A stretch of DNA of 64,000 bases, from contig NW_024704743.1 in the NCBI RefSeq assembly GCF_018977255.1, positions 41,542,001-41,606,000 of the forward strand, given 5' to 3'. The first letter of the stretch is position 1. Every line of letters starts with the position of its first letter. The notes under the pieces were generated by a model that saw nothing but the letters and a program-made list of their open reading frames with translations, was not told the origin of the DNA and ran no database searches. Source of the DNA: Callorhinchus milii (Eukaryota). This document shows, piece after piece, positions 1 to 11,670 of this stretch. A program made the translations under genes and the position numbers.

Positions 1-995
1 AATTATTTTTTTCTGAGGAGGAATCATATGAAAGTCCATTATATAAATAGCAATCTATCTTAAGATCCACACTTTAGATTGCTCTTCTATTCACCTTCCC
101 GCACCCACTCCACAACAGCTCAAGTGCTCAATACATAAATGCAAATGTTTGTCGTCTTAGCCGAAGGAATCTACCCATCCAAATATGCAATACATTTATG
201 GAACTGAGAGAGCATGGAATATTGAAACTCAGATGAAGCAAAGCATAAAACGACCATTACTGTGTACAATGGAAAAATGCCCCACCCTCAAAAATACACT
301 GACTATGATTATTTGAGAAGAATTAATTTGGTTAGCTATTAATCAACATGTGTTAACATGTGCAGTAGAACCTCCATTATGACATGCTTCTGTAGTAGCG
401 GTTGGCTCATACTGTAATTGAGGTGTAGACTTTCCCCATCCCCTCCAGTACTTAACAAAACTTAACAAGAAAGCCAGCTTGCTGGATTGGCAGTCATTAC
501 ACTTCACAATGGGTTAGTGTGCAATGCAGCATCTTGAAGTGCGACATAATGGTTTTGAAGCATGATGCCAACAGAGCCAATGGATTTCTGCATGAATATC
601 GAGTGACATCATCCATCATGAGATCGGTAGTGTAACCATACTGCTTGGCTAACAAAGTTTTTCTATGTTATTAGACTGGTTGGAATTATCTGAATTCCCA
701 ACTATCACCCTATAAAACTTCTTCAGTTTAATAAGAACACAATAACCCTTGCATTTTATATAGTGCCCTTTCGTGTCACCGAGGAATCTCAAAGTACTTC
801 ACAGGATATACTGCAAAGTGATGGGACTATGTGTATTTTGTGGCACAATGAAAATGTGTGTCTTTCTCAAGGCAAAGCTGAGTGGGTTAAATAGTGTGAG
901 GGAATAATTTCTATTGTCCACAGGTTCTGTGAAATAAAGTTGATAGAAATTTATCACCAGTTTCTATTGAATAAAAAGTCTCTACATCAAGTAAC

Positions 996-2848
996 TACAA
1001 CAACAACAACAAAATTACACTTATAGAGCGCCTTTCACGTCGGGAGGACGTCCCAAAGCGCTGAACAGTCAGATGTCAGGGCCCGAGCATGGGGGAGGGG
1101 TGGTGTAGGGGTGAGGGAAGGCAGAGAGGTGGGAGGGAGACCAAAGGCACGGTCAAAGAGAAGGGTCTTGAGACCGGCCTTGAAGGATGCAAGGGAGGAA
1201 GCGAATTGTAGAGACAGTGGGATGTAATTCCAGAGTGTGGGGGCAGAGAGGCTGAAAGCCCGGCCACCGATGATAGGACGGGTCGGGCGGGAGACATGCA
1301 GCAGGCTGGAGCCTGATGAACGGAGGGAGTGGGCAGGTTGGTAGGGAGTCAGCAGGTCAGAGAGGTAGGAGGTGGCAAAGCTATGGCCATGGATGGCCTT
1401 CAAGGTGAGGACGAGGATCTTGAACTCGATCCTCTGGGGAATGGGGAGCCAGTGGAGTCAGGCGAGGGTGAGAGTGATGGGGTCGTGGAGCCTGGCATTG
1501 AGAGTCCACGAACTGCAGAGTTTTGGATGATCTGCAGCTTGTAAAGGGAAGAGTTGGGAAGGCCGATGAGGAGGGAGTTCCCGTAATCAAGCCTTGAGGT
1601 GACGAATGCATGGGTGAGGGTTTCGGCAGCCTGAGGGATGAGGCAGTGTCGGAGTCTGGCAATGGTGCGGAGGTTGTGGTAGGCAGTGCCAGTCATAGTG
1701 TGGATGTGGGGGAGAAAGGACAGTTGAGGGTCAAACAAGACACCCAGGTTCCTGACTAGCTTTGTGAGGTTGAGTGTGCAGCCGTGGAGGCTGATGCTGC
1801 CAGCGCCTGAGATGCAGAGGCACTGGCGTGAGCCAATCAGGAGGGCCTTGTTCTTGCTGACGTTGAGTTGGAGAAAGTTGGCCTTCGTCCAAGGACTTGA
1901 TGTCGGACAGGAGCTCAGTAGACCTGGAGTTCAGGGTGGAAGCAGAGAGGTAGAGTTGGGTATCATCCGCATACATATGGAAATTTACCCCATGTCTGCA
2001 GATGACGTCACCAAGGGGGAGCATGTAGAAGGTGAAGAGGAGGGGACCGAGGACAGAGCCCTGGTTAACACCGCACAAGACAGTGCGGGGGCTGGAGGAG
2101 AAAATGTTTGCCATGACGAAGTGGAGGCGGTGTGAAAGGTAGGATCTGAACCATTCAAGGGCAGAATCTTGAAGGTTGAGGTGGGAGGAGAGGCAGTGGA
2201 GGAGGATTGAGTTGTCCACTGTGTCAAAGGCGGTGGAGAGGTTGAGGAGGATGAGGAGGCAGAGGGAGCCCTGGTCACACATGGTCAAGATGTCGCTTGA
2301 GACCTTGACCAGAGCAGTTTCGATTGGAGGGGTTCGTGGAAAGAGTGAGAGGAGAGGAAAGAGTGAAGCTGAGAGGCAACGGCTCTCTCTCGAGGACCTT
2401 GGATAGGAAGGGGAGATTTGAGATGGGCCGGTAGCTGGATAGCTCTGATGGGTCGAGGGAGGGTTTTTTCAAGGTGGGGCTGATGGTGGCTATTTTGAGG
2501 GGGGAAGGAACAATGCCAGATGACATGGATAGGTTAATGATGTCGGCGAGTAGTGGGGCAAGGAGGTGGAGCTGGGATTTAAGGAGAGGGGTGGAGATGG
2601 ATGGGGTCAAGGGAGCAGGTGGTGGACTTCACGGAGGTTACCGTGTTGAAGACAGAGGAGGGAGTGACAGGTTCAAAGGTGTGGAAAGAGGGATGGGTAA
2701 TTGTGTGGGATGAGGGTAGAGACAGGTTGGAAATTGGGGGGGCAGTGGCAGCTGAGCAGATTCCCTCGATTTTGGATTCAAGTAAGTCCAGCATTTTCTT
2801 GCAGTGAGAATCGGAGGAAAGTATCTGCGAGGCAGGTCGGAGATCAAA
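996..2848 (-). mobile_element. L2-clade LINE, 5'-truncated, frameshifted ORF2 (RT) plus 3' tail
   Basis: Minus ORFs give YRPISNLPFLSKVLE, LNLSTAFDTVD, GVNQGSVLGPLLF, HMYADDTQLY and HAFVTSRLDYGNSLL. It ends in a stem-loop and (TTG)n tail. Possible 7-bp TSD caagtaa at 988-994 and 2849-2855. Confidence 0.95.
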
Positions 2849-3209
2849 CAAGTAAATGTCTCCTTAGCAACAAGCATATTAAATGGAACTGCATCCATCA
2901 AGCTAATGTTGCCTCATTTATAAGATTGAAATGCCCAAGGTAGAAAACTTGAATTAGGCGACTGGATGTCAATCGGATACCTAAGTTCATAACTGATGAT
3001 AACATCACAGAGAGCAGAACAGGAGGAAATAACTACTGTGGCTGAAGAACAATGGTGAGGCACAGCAGGTTGATTGTCCTCTGTGGTCAAGCGGTAAGGA
3101 GACTGATTTATGGGCGATTAGTAGATTTTATGCTACACAATCTTCTTGTGCTTTCTTTTGGTGAATTTGCTGATCAAGGTTCAGGATGTTGACACTTTCC
3201 TATTTCAGC

Positions 3210-3320
3210 CACCCGGTTTCAGCATCAAACATTACCAGGTCAGCTACCGAAGCAAAGTGAAACTGTTCTGCCCCAGTAATATGCTTTAACCCTGACCTGA
3301 GAGGAATATCACTTAATGTA
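3210..3320 (-). repeat. Ancient SINE fragment resembling the LF-SINE 3' region
   Basis: Minus strand reads cctctcaggtcagggttaaagcatattactggggcag, which resembles my recollection of LF-SINE (CCTCCAGGTCAGGGTTGAGGCACATTGGCGGGGCAG). Not searched. Confidence 0.4.
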
Positions 3321-3480
3321 ACAGCTTGATATGTCTATTTCTTATCACAGCCACCCTGTGGCCTCTCTGCATGAAACTGCCTGTTAAAGGTGAACACATT
3401 TTTTGTTGTGGACCTACCCTGTCTGGAAATGGATTCAAACTGCTCAAGCTCCTTTTACATAAGGCATTTCAGGCAAAAGA

Positions 3481-4845
3481 ACAACAACAACTTGCACTTA
3501 TACAGAGCCCTCCATGCAGGGTAGTGTCTCAGAGCGCTGAACAGTGATGGTGCCTGACTCCGAGCCAGGGTGTGGTGGCCGTAAGCACAGTCGAAGAGGA
3601 AGGTTTTCAGGCAGGACTTGAATAAGGGGAGAGGGGGAAGGCGGAGGGATTGAGGGAGAGTGTTCCGGAGTTTCAGGGAGCAGTGGCTGAAACCGTGACC
3701 TCCAATGGTGGTGTAAGGTTGCCGGAGCCCCAGTTTACTCAATAGGAGTTGACACAAAGGTTCAAAGAAAAGATCTTTATTCACACACAAGCAGCAATAG
3801 TCTCTGCATTAACATTGATATTATATTATTACATCAGCATACAGTTTTATCCAGCATAACAATCAGAATATTACACGCAATAACACTACACTCCGACTGG
3901 AGAAAGCACTCCTTTCACTCCGGAGGGTGCAAGGGATGAGTAGGAGGCCAGTGCCGGTCGAGCGGAGGCGCTGGCTGGTGGATTGAGGAGGAAGGAGGTC
4001 GGAGAGGTAGGGAGGTGCCAGGGAGTGAATGGATTTGAACATGAGAGTGAGGATCTTGAAGTCATTTGTTCGGTGATGGGGTTGGTGATGGGGAGCCAGT
4101 GGAGCCTGGCCAGAACTTTACCCAGATGTGGGTACGGAGTTTGGTCCGGGTCAGTATGCAGTCGCCAGAGTTCTGAATGAGCTGAATCTTGTGAATGGTG
4201 GAGCTGGGGAGACTGGTGAGGAGTGAGTTGGAATAATCCAAGTGGGAGGTGACAAACGCATGCACAAGAGTTTCGGCCGCATTTGGGTTAAGATACGGTC
4301 GGAGGCGGGCAATGTGGCAGAGATGGAAGAAGGTGTTGCTGGTAAGGGACCGGATGTGGGGTAGGAAGACAGCTGGATGTCAAACCGGACGCCTAGATTG
4401 CGCACTGGTTCAGAGAATCTGAGGGAGAGTCCAGGGAAGTTGAGGAGTTTAGATCCGCAGGAGTGAAGACATTGAAGGGAGCAAAGGAGTACGGCTTCTG
4501 TCTTGTCCACATTCAACTGCTGGAAGCTTACACTCATCCAGGCCTTGATGTCTGCCAGACAAGCTGATAGAACATCAGTGGACCTGGAGTTAGTACTGGA
4601 GGAGATAAGTAGATTTTTGTGTCATCCGCATACATGTGGAAGTTTACACGGTGTCTGCAGATGACATTGCCCAGATGTCATCCGCAGACACCGTGTAAAC
4701 TTCCACCTGTAAGCATATAAATAAGGAAAAGAAATGGGCCAAGGATGGAGCCCTGGGGTACCCCGCAGATGACCGAACATCCAGGCACGATAGGATAAAT
4801 CATTTGCTGAGATGAAATGGAGGTGGTTGATTAAGTAAGCAGACA
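3481..4845 (-). mobile_element. L2-clade LINE (second subfamily), decayed RT and 3' end, interrupted at about 3712-3920
   Basis: HAFVTSHLDYSNSLL, LNVDKTEAVLL, VRNLGVRFD and a YADD codon block near 4620-4635. Its 3' tail matches the copy at 27405-27765. Confidence 0.92.
3712..3890 (-). mobile_element. LTR-like insert nested in L2
   Basis: TGTA...TACA termini and an internal minus-strand AATAAA. It breaks the collinearity of the L2 3' UTR compared with the 27630 copy. Confidence 0.45.
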
Positions 4846-7800
4846 AAGGAGACTAATACCTTTGGAACTGAGCTGGAACCAAACTCAAGCTACAGTGTTT
4901 ATATTTAATCATCTTAAATAAATGGATTTAAATACAAATTACTTGTTTTTTCCCCCAATTTAAAAATTGTGATTTGTCAAACAAATTACCAATTAACCTT
5001 GCTCTGGAAGCAACCCCAATAGGAAGAGATCCTAAGCTGAAAAGACAAAGAAGTTTTTTTCTTGGTCAATAATCACACATATAAAATTGGCCATTCAATT
5101 CATGGCTGATTAGCTGCCATGTTCCGCCTCAAAATACAGACATAAGTCATACCACTTTGCAGTGTGAACTGTGAAGCGTTTTGAGATGTCTCAGCAATAT
5201 TATAAGGCTTGTCAAATCAAATGCTAGAATTTGTGCTATAAAATTTAACACTTCTTGTTCATTATAGTGGAGTGTTAGTCCTGCTACCTAAATAATGGTG
5301 CATCTCTTAAATAGTCAGAATTTGTCAGCTGATTGCTTTATGACTAGCACTGTCTGGAGTTGGTCTCTAGTTAATTATACTGCTTCACTTCTGTTTGATT
5401 ATCCTTCTTGTAGGGGATGGTTTCAGAGACTCCCTGGAGCTGAGCTGGTTCCAAGGTAACATGCTTTTCAATGAAGGTCAGAAGAGAGTCAATCCTTTGT
5501 CTTGATATAGCTCATCTGATTCCTGAATGAGGCTGGTCAAAGGTACTGCAAACCTTGACTCTCAGCAACCTGTGCCAAATACTCTCCAGGATTAAGTAAA
5601 CAGGGTGAGTCCCTCCAGGGAAAGAGTGTGTTTCCCTTGCTAGAGACAGGAAAATTTCCATGTGTCAGTGGTATTCACATAAAGAGCTTTCAGTCCAGTT
5701 TTAAGCATGGCGACACATTTTTGCATATGTCAAGTTCCATGCTGACCAAAGATAAAGATGACTTCTGGTCTCATTCATTTGCCCCTATTCTGGCAGTAGT
5801 GAGATTTCAGACGGCAAGAGTTATTTTGAAAGTAAGATTAAATACAGACGGTTCTGTTTACCATTACAAAACTTAATGAGGCCCTGAATTGAAATGTGCT
5901 GAAGTCTGCTAGACCTGCTTGCTCAAACGGATTGATTCAGTGGTGATTAAGACTGAATCCACAAACTAAGGGTCCTGAATGTGAATGTTAAACCTCAGGG
6001 ATGTAACCAAGGAGGAACAAATCGACCTTCAGGAACATAAGCTTCTTAATACAATCCAGACCGAATGTGGACTAATGAGGTGAGACAACACTGCTTGTTG
6101 TATTAAAAATTATTTCTCTTTTGCATACTAATGGGAATACTGCCCAATTACGTTCCTGCCACTCAAGTGAGTGCTGCCTACATCAACCTCTCAGACCTCC
6201 AGCAGCACAGAGATACCAACATAGTGAGTGTGTGTTTTAGGTTCCCGAACAATAAATTACCATGTTGTTTGCAATGCTTGTCTCTAAACATGCATCAGGT
6301 TTTCCAGTTTGATTTCCAATGTTGTCAGCTGCTGCAACCTCTGTACATCTAATACTTTTTACAACTAATTAATTATTATTATTAATTAAATAAATATATA
6401 CTCTGGCAAGGCTATGATTGTGACAAAATGGCAAATCATAACTGCAATTCTTGGATCTTTGTTATTTTCAAGATCATCAAAGCAAGCATTACATAATCTG
6501 GTCAAAGCAAATGTTTTCCTGGTTGGGATTAAATAAACACCTGAGTTCCCCTAAATATTCTGACAATAGTTTTCTGGTAATGCTATCCATTGCAATGATA
6601 ATTTTCACCTCTTCCACCTTACTGGTTTCCAGAAGAGTGCTTGCTTGTATATCTCTTGATCTCCATTCACACGATACCTACTCTTGCCAGTTGCAAGAGT
6701 TAAACATATTCAGAATTGGGTAATATTGGAGCTGTTACCTTTGATGGAATGTTTGGGGGTTTTGAAGATTTACTATAAGGATGGAGTCAATTTATTTAAT
6801 AGCATTAACATTTTGCATGATTTTACCAATTGACCAATAATAATAATAATAATTCTTCCATTTGATATAGCACCTATCATGTTGGGAGTTTGTCTCAAAG
6901 CGCTCCATAACATGTAAAGAGTATTGATTGTATTTTGTAGGCAGAGTATTCTTTCCATTGGAGATTCATTCAAAGATGCTATTGATTATACATTGCCAGG
7001 GTAATTGAATAGGTTATAGTTTTATACTACGATAGCTTCAACTCGTGGTGGAATCGCTCTGTTTATATATGAATATATTGAAGTTAAATGCTTCTTCGCA
7101 CAAAGCGTGCTATATAAATGAAAGTAGTTGCTCTATGTAGGTGGGGTATGGAAAATATTTTATGAGTATTCATGGTAAAAATCTGCTTAAAGAAATCTTC
7201 CATTTTCTCATGCATGCAATCCTTACCTTCCTGCCTTTATCATGTCCTCCCAACGTGAAAGGTGCTTTACAAATGTAATTTTGTTGTTGTTGTTGTTTAT
7301 CAGTCAGCTTTGTCTTTGGCTGTATTAACTCAGCGTTAAGTTCCACTATTGTTAAGCACTCATAGACCTACCCCACATGAATGGCGCTATATAAATACAA
7401 GTTGTTGTTGAAGTTATTGCTGTATTGCCACCACATCTTTTGACATTTTACAAAAATATATGCATAATATATGGGGGTAGTTTCCACTATATGGTAATGG
7501 AGATTAATACCCAACAAAGATAATTATCAAAAATATATAATTTTGAATTTGATTCAGGCTAAATTCTTCTCTTACGTCTGGAGAATGGTTTCTCCGTCCA
7601 GGCCATTCAGTACATCAGTGCCATCCTGCTTTCTGCACATAGAACATAGAAACAGCAGAGCTTAGTGACATTTGTACTGACCCTTTGCAACTGTTGAATT
7701 GCTATTGAGCATCCACACTGCAACATGGTCAGTTATAATGCAGCTTCTCATTTTACAGACTCCAATTATCTGTCAGATATTATAACATGTCAGACTGCAG

Positions 7801-7893
7801 TTATTACAATACTCCTTATTCCACTTGAAATAGGGCTCTTTATTGCCTTTTGTTTTGTATTTATAAATAGAATCCATTTGTTATCATCACATG

Positions 7894-8261
7894 AAGTCCT
7901 GCAGCTCAGTGGTTAGAGCACTCGCCTCTTAAGCAAGAGACCTGGGTTTGATTCCCAGCAGGGTGAAACGTTGAGCACGTTTCCTTACTCCACATGCCGC
8001 TGTTTACTTAGTAGTAAGTAGGAACCTCATTGTTAGTAGATTGGCAGATCGCCTTTCCGTGGGTAATAATTCCTTAAAAAAAACAATAAATTGGTCACTC
8101 AATCCACAACGGTTTGTGGAACACTGCTGTGCGCAATTGGCTGCCGAGTATTGCTCACAAAATATACAGTTCATTCACTTTACAGTATATTCTGTGAAGC
8201 GCTTTGAGATGTCTCGAAGATGTGATAAAGTGGTATATCAAATACAATGATTATTATTATT
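7894..8261 (+). mobile_element. tRNA-derived SINE, full length, L2-type tail
   Basis: A box gcagctcagtggttagagc, B box gggtttgattccc, body shared with the 14688 and 46656 copies, (ATT)n tail. Confidence 0.9.
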
Positions 8262-8329
8262 CATTTTATTCAACCGCATGTCACAATCGACATGACAAAA
8301 GTTAGCGTAACCAACTTCCCGATAACACT

Positions 8330-8407
8330 TCAACATTTTCTTTCACTGTCGGTGATAGTCATCTTGCCTTTCCAATTGCTGGAATTGATCCATTCATCTA
8401 GCGAAGC
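8330..8407 (-). CDS. Candidate terminal coding exon (ASLDEWINSSNWKGKMTITDSERKC*) of an unidentified gene
   Basis: Acceptor ataactttacatag. Only phase 0 stays open, matching the phase-0 donor of exon 10354-10498. Minus-strand AATAAA at 8265-8270. Unique sequence that retains CpG. Confidence 0.4.
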   Translation of the reverse strand, partial: ASLDEWINSSNWKGKMTITDSERKC

Positions 8408-8616
8408 CTATGTAAAGTTATGGATACAGAGAGAAATTTGTTTGCCTTCTATCAGGATGGCAGTCAGCAGTTTCAATCCATAGTTTACTGATTGAGTTCA
8501 TCCAGTGAAGTATTGCAGGAGAGTGACTCTGCACACAAAGACAAGGTATCCATCAGAGATATAATTAGTCTGTATGAAGTTGTTATCTAAAATGGTTCAC
8601 TCTCTACCCCCACCTG

Positions 8617-8640
8617 CACACACACACACACACACACACA
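8617..8640. repeat. (CA)n microsatellite
   Basis: Direct observation. Confidence 0.95.
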
Positions 8641-8685
8641 GTAATGCTGACACCTCACACTCACATGCACACCATACATACATGC

Positions 8686-8716
<31 letters not shown>

Positions 8717-8920
8717 TAATAATCCTTGCATTTGATATAGCGCTTTTCACGTCGGGAGGACGTCCCAAAGCGCTTCACAGAACACACTGTAAAGTGAATT
8801 CACTGTATATTTGTGGGCGAACGCGGCAGCCATTTGCGCACAGCAATGTCCCACAAACAGTCGAAGATTGAAAGTGACCAATTTTTTTTTTTGTTGTTTT
8901 TTTTTGAAGGGATTATTATT
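8686..8920 (-). mobile_element. SINE 3' half with L2-identical stem-loop and (AAT)n tail
   Basis: Reverse complement of the shared SINE tail; contains tttcacgtcgggaggacgtcccaaagcgct. Confidence 0.9.
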
Positions 8921-9062
8921 TGAAAAACATTTTTGAAAAGGAGGGGAAACTTCACAACATTATCTCAGATAAAGAAGACCCTTTGACCCATCTGATCTCA
9001 TCCCTCCAGTAAACCTACTCTACATCTTCCCATCACAGCATCAAGCTGCTTTTTCAATGTGT

Positions 9063-9418
9063 GTCAGCCTGGCTGAATTGGTATGGGTTCAAGCCCCCTG
9101 TTGTGATATCAACCCACATACTCTATTCTGACACTCCAATGCAGTACTGGGGGAATGCTGGATTGTCAAAGGTGCTTTCCTTCAGATGAGACATTGAAGT
9201 CATATCCAGTCTGTCTGTGCAGGGACTATTTGAAAAGAGCTGGGAGTCTCTCCCAGATTCCTGCCCAATAGTCTCTCAAATAAAATTGGTGACTCACTCC
9301 ATGGCTGATTGTGGGACATTGCTGTGCACAAGTTTGCCCACAAAATACATACAATAACATCACTTCATAGTATATTCTGTGAAGTGCTTTAAGATGTCTT
9401 GACGATGTATTAAAGCAA
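9063..9418 (+). mobile_element. Deu-domain SINE (AmnSINE1/SacSINE1-related)
   Basis: ctgacactccaatgcagtactgggggaatgctggattgtcaaaggtgctttccttcagatgagacattgaa matches the Deu core as I recall it, followed by the shared L2-type tail. Confidence 0.75.
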
Positions 9419-9679
9419 CAACAATAACAAATTACATTTGTATAACCCCTTTCATGTCAGGAGGATGTCCCAAGGCACTGGAACTATGTCAAATGCAAGG
9501 ATTATTAATGAACTATTAAACTAATCACTTATTAATGATTTTATTATTGAACTTGCTAAAGATAATGATGTATCTGACCAGAAAGAGGCTTGAGTCACAA
9601 TGAAGTATCATGAGGAGTATAAACTGGCAAGCTTTCCAGCTGCTTGTCCAGTTAGGACCACCCTACCCATTACGGCATT

Positions 9680-9900
9680 GGTTTGCAGGGTTAACAGGAG
9701 TCTAGTGGGATGACTCCCTGCCCCAATGACTGGTCTGCCGTTCCAGGTCCTGCCGATGAGCCAGGCTGGCTGTGCTGTCATCAGTAGTGCCCTGGCATAC
9801 TGCGGACCTGCCTGGCTCAGGAACCAGTCTACAAAGACTGCCCAGAGGGCTGACTCAATTCCTACATTCCATTGCCAGTCATGTCACCCCGCTTATCTCC
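9680..9900 (-). repeat. Unclassified dispersed repeat, inverted homologue of 19820-20050
   Basis: ctccctgccccaatgactggtctgccgttccaggtcctgccgatgagc matches the reverse complement of gctcatcggcaaggcttggaagggcagaccagtcactggggcaggga near 19970-20020. Confidence 0.7.
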
Positions 9901-9988
9901 ACCTCAAGATGAAGTATAAACACTGCTGTAAACTAATTTGGCCGAATGGCTTACTTTCGTGCTGTACATTCTTTGTAAGGCAGTATCA

Positions 9989-10795
9989 GAATGGTTTAGT
10001 TTCTTAAAAATGTGGCTAGATTATTAATAAAGGAAGATCACTTAATCTAAAAAAGATCCATGGTACAGAAAGTCTGTGAGGTTATAATGGATTGCCTTCA
10101 GTAATTTAGACCTTCAGTGTAACCTTGTGTAGTAATTATCTAATGTATTGTAAATTCTGTTCTGTAGATAATCTGGGATGTTCTTTTGCTGGTGCACTGT
10201 GCACTGAGTCAATCACAGAATGCGTACTGGTACCAATCATGAAACAGAAGTAAGATAATTCACTGGAAAATAATATATTGCAAGTTACTGAGACAGAGCG
10301 TGGGTGTTGAACAGTGTTGGAGAGAAATATGCAAAAGTATGTTCACTTCGTACCAAAGATATAATTTCTCGGCTCTCTGGAGGAGTTGCAACCTGTTCCC
10401 AGTTAACGGCTGGTGGTGGAACAGACAATGAACAAATCTGAACTTTTCCTTTCATCTCTGACTCCGTCTTTCTCCGGTAAACCATCTGGAACACAAAGCT
10501 GGAAATGAAAATGTCTCAGTAACCTGCTTGGTCATGGTGATGTCTCTTGTAAGATTAAATCATCTTCAGAGAGTTGTGCACTTGTGTTAATAAACTGCTC
10601 AACTGAGTGCTGTCCTCCATTCACACCAAGGAAACAGGGTTCAGTTAAATATAAAACATGTTTCTCATGAGCCAGTCCGAGTATTGAGGGCAATCCATTA
10701 TAACCTCACAGACTGTCTGTACCAGAGATCTTTTTTAGATTAAGTGACCTTCCTTTGTTAATAATCTTGCCATATTTTAAGAAACTAAACCATTC
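9989..10795. repeat. Long inverted repeat; arms about 9989-10103 and 10682-10795, spacer about 580 bp
   Basis: gaatggtttagtttcttaaaa...gaggttataatggattgcc pairs with ggcaatccattataacctc...ttttaagaaactaaaccattc, with scattered mismatches. Confidence 0.95.
10354..10498 (-). CDS. Candidate internal coding exon (FVFQMVYRRKTESEMKGKVQICSLSVPPPAVNWEQVATPPESREIISL)
   Basis: Acceptor actgagacattttcatttccag, donor TTG|gtacga, 145 nt, a single open frame, phase-compatible with 8330-8407. Confidence 0.45.
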
Positions 10796-11099
10796 ACTAG
10801 CATCAAACAGGTTGTGAAATAATAATTTAAGAGTGGTGCACTTAATAAGATTGTATATTTAAAAATGCCCAGCACTGAGGGTTAAAAGACAGGAATTATT
10901 ACGCATAATGGTAGAACTATTGTATATGAAATGTATTATTGTGTATGAAATATGCTATTGTATATGAAATATGTATGGAAAAGAAAAGGGGTCCTGATTG
11001 ACAATAAATTGAAGCTCTCCCAACATTGCTCTGTGGCAATGAGTAAAGCACACCAGATGTTGGGATGTATCTAAAGATCAATAGCAATCCAAAATAATG

Positions 11100-11670
11100 G
11101 GGCAATCCTGCCGTTGTATAAATTATTTGTGAGACCATACTTGTGTGGTCATTGTGTACAGTTGTGGTTGCCGCAGTACAAAAAGGATATTGGAGAAATC
11201 GAGAAGATACAGAGGGGGCAACCAGAATGATTGAGGGAATAGACTGGAATATGAGGAGCGAATAAGTAAATTGGGCATGTTCACGCTGGAAAAGATCAGA
11301 TTGAGAGGCAACATGACTGCTGTCTTTAAGATTCTAAAGGGGCTAAACAATATAGATCATGACTGGCTGTTTCAACTTGTCCACAATAGTAACTCCAGAG
11401 GACACGTCTGCGATTGAAAGGGGGTAAATTCAAAACGAATCAACGCAAATGCTATTTCAGTGAGTTAATACCTGTGGAACCTGTGCAAGGCGGTTGAAGC
11501 AGGAAGTGTTGATTCTTTAAAACACAGATTAGCTAGTTTTCTTTTAGGAAATAACATTATGGGATATAGTGCATAGGTAGTTTGGGACATATGTGCATTC
11601 AACCCCCAGGAAGGTGGAAGGCAAGTAGATGGACCTTGGTCTTTTTTCGTCTAGCATTTCTTATGTTATT
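11100..11670 (+). mobile_element. CR1 LINE 3' fragment
   Basis: Decayed VRP..CVQLW.PQYKKDI..EKIQR, YEER..KLGMFTLEKIRLRGNM..VFKILKG, followed by the CR1 3' UTR. Confidence 0.88.

Noticed and set aside
1035..2901. Cluster of long ORFs as a host gene
   Set aside because: All are frameshifted L2 ORF2 pieces or their antisense shadows; the same applies to 22512-23413 and 59406-60542.
7894..7970. tRNA gene (also 14688 and 46920)
   Set aside because: The acceptor stem does not pair, and each head is followed by SINE body and tail, so these are SINE heads.
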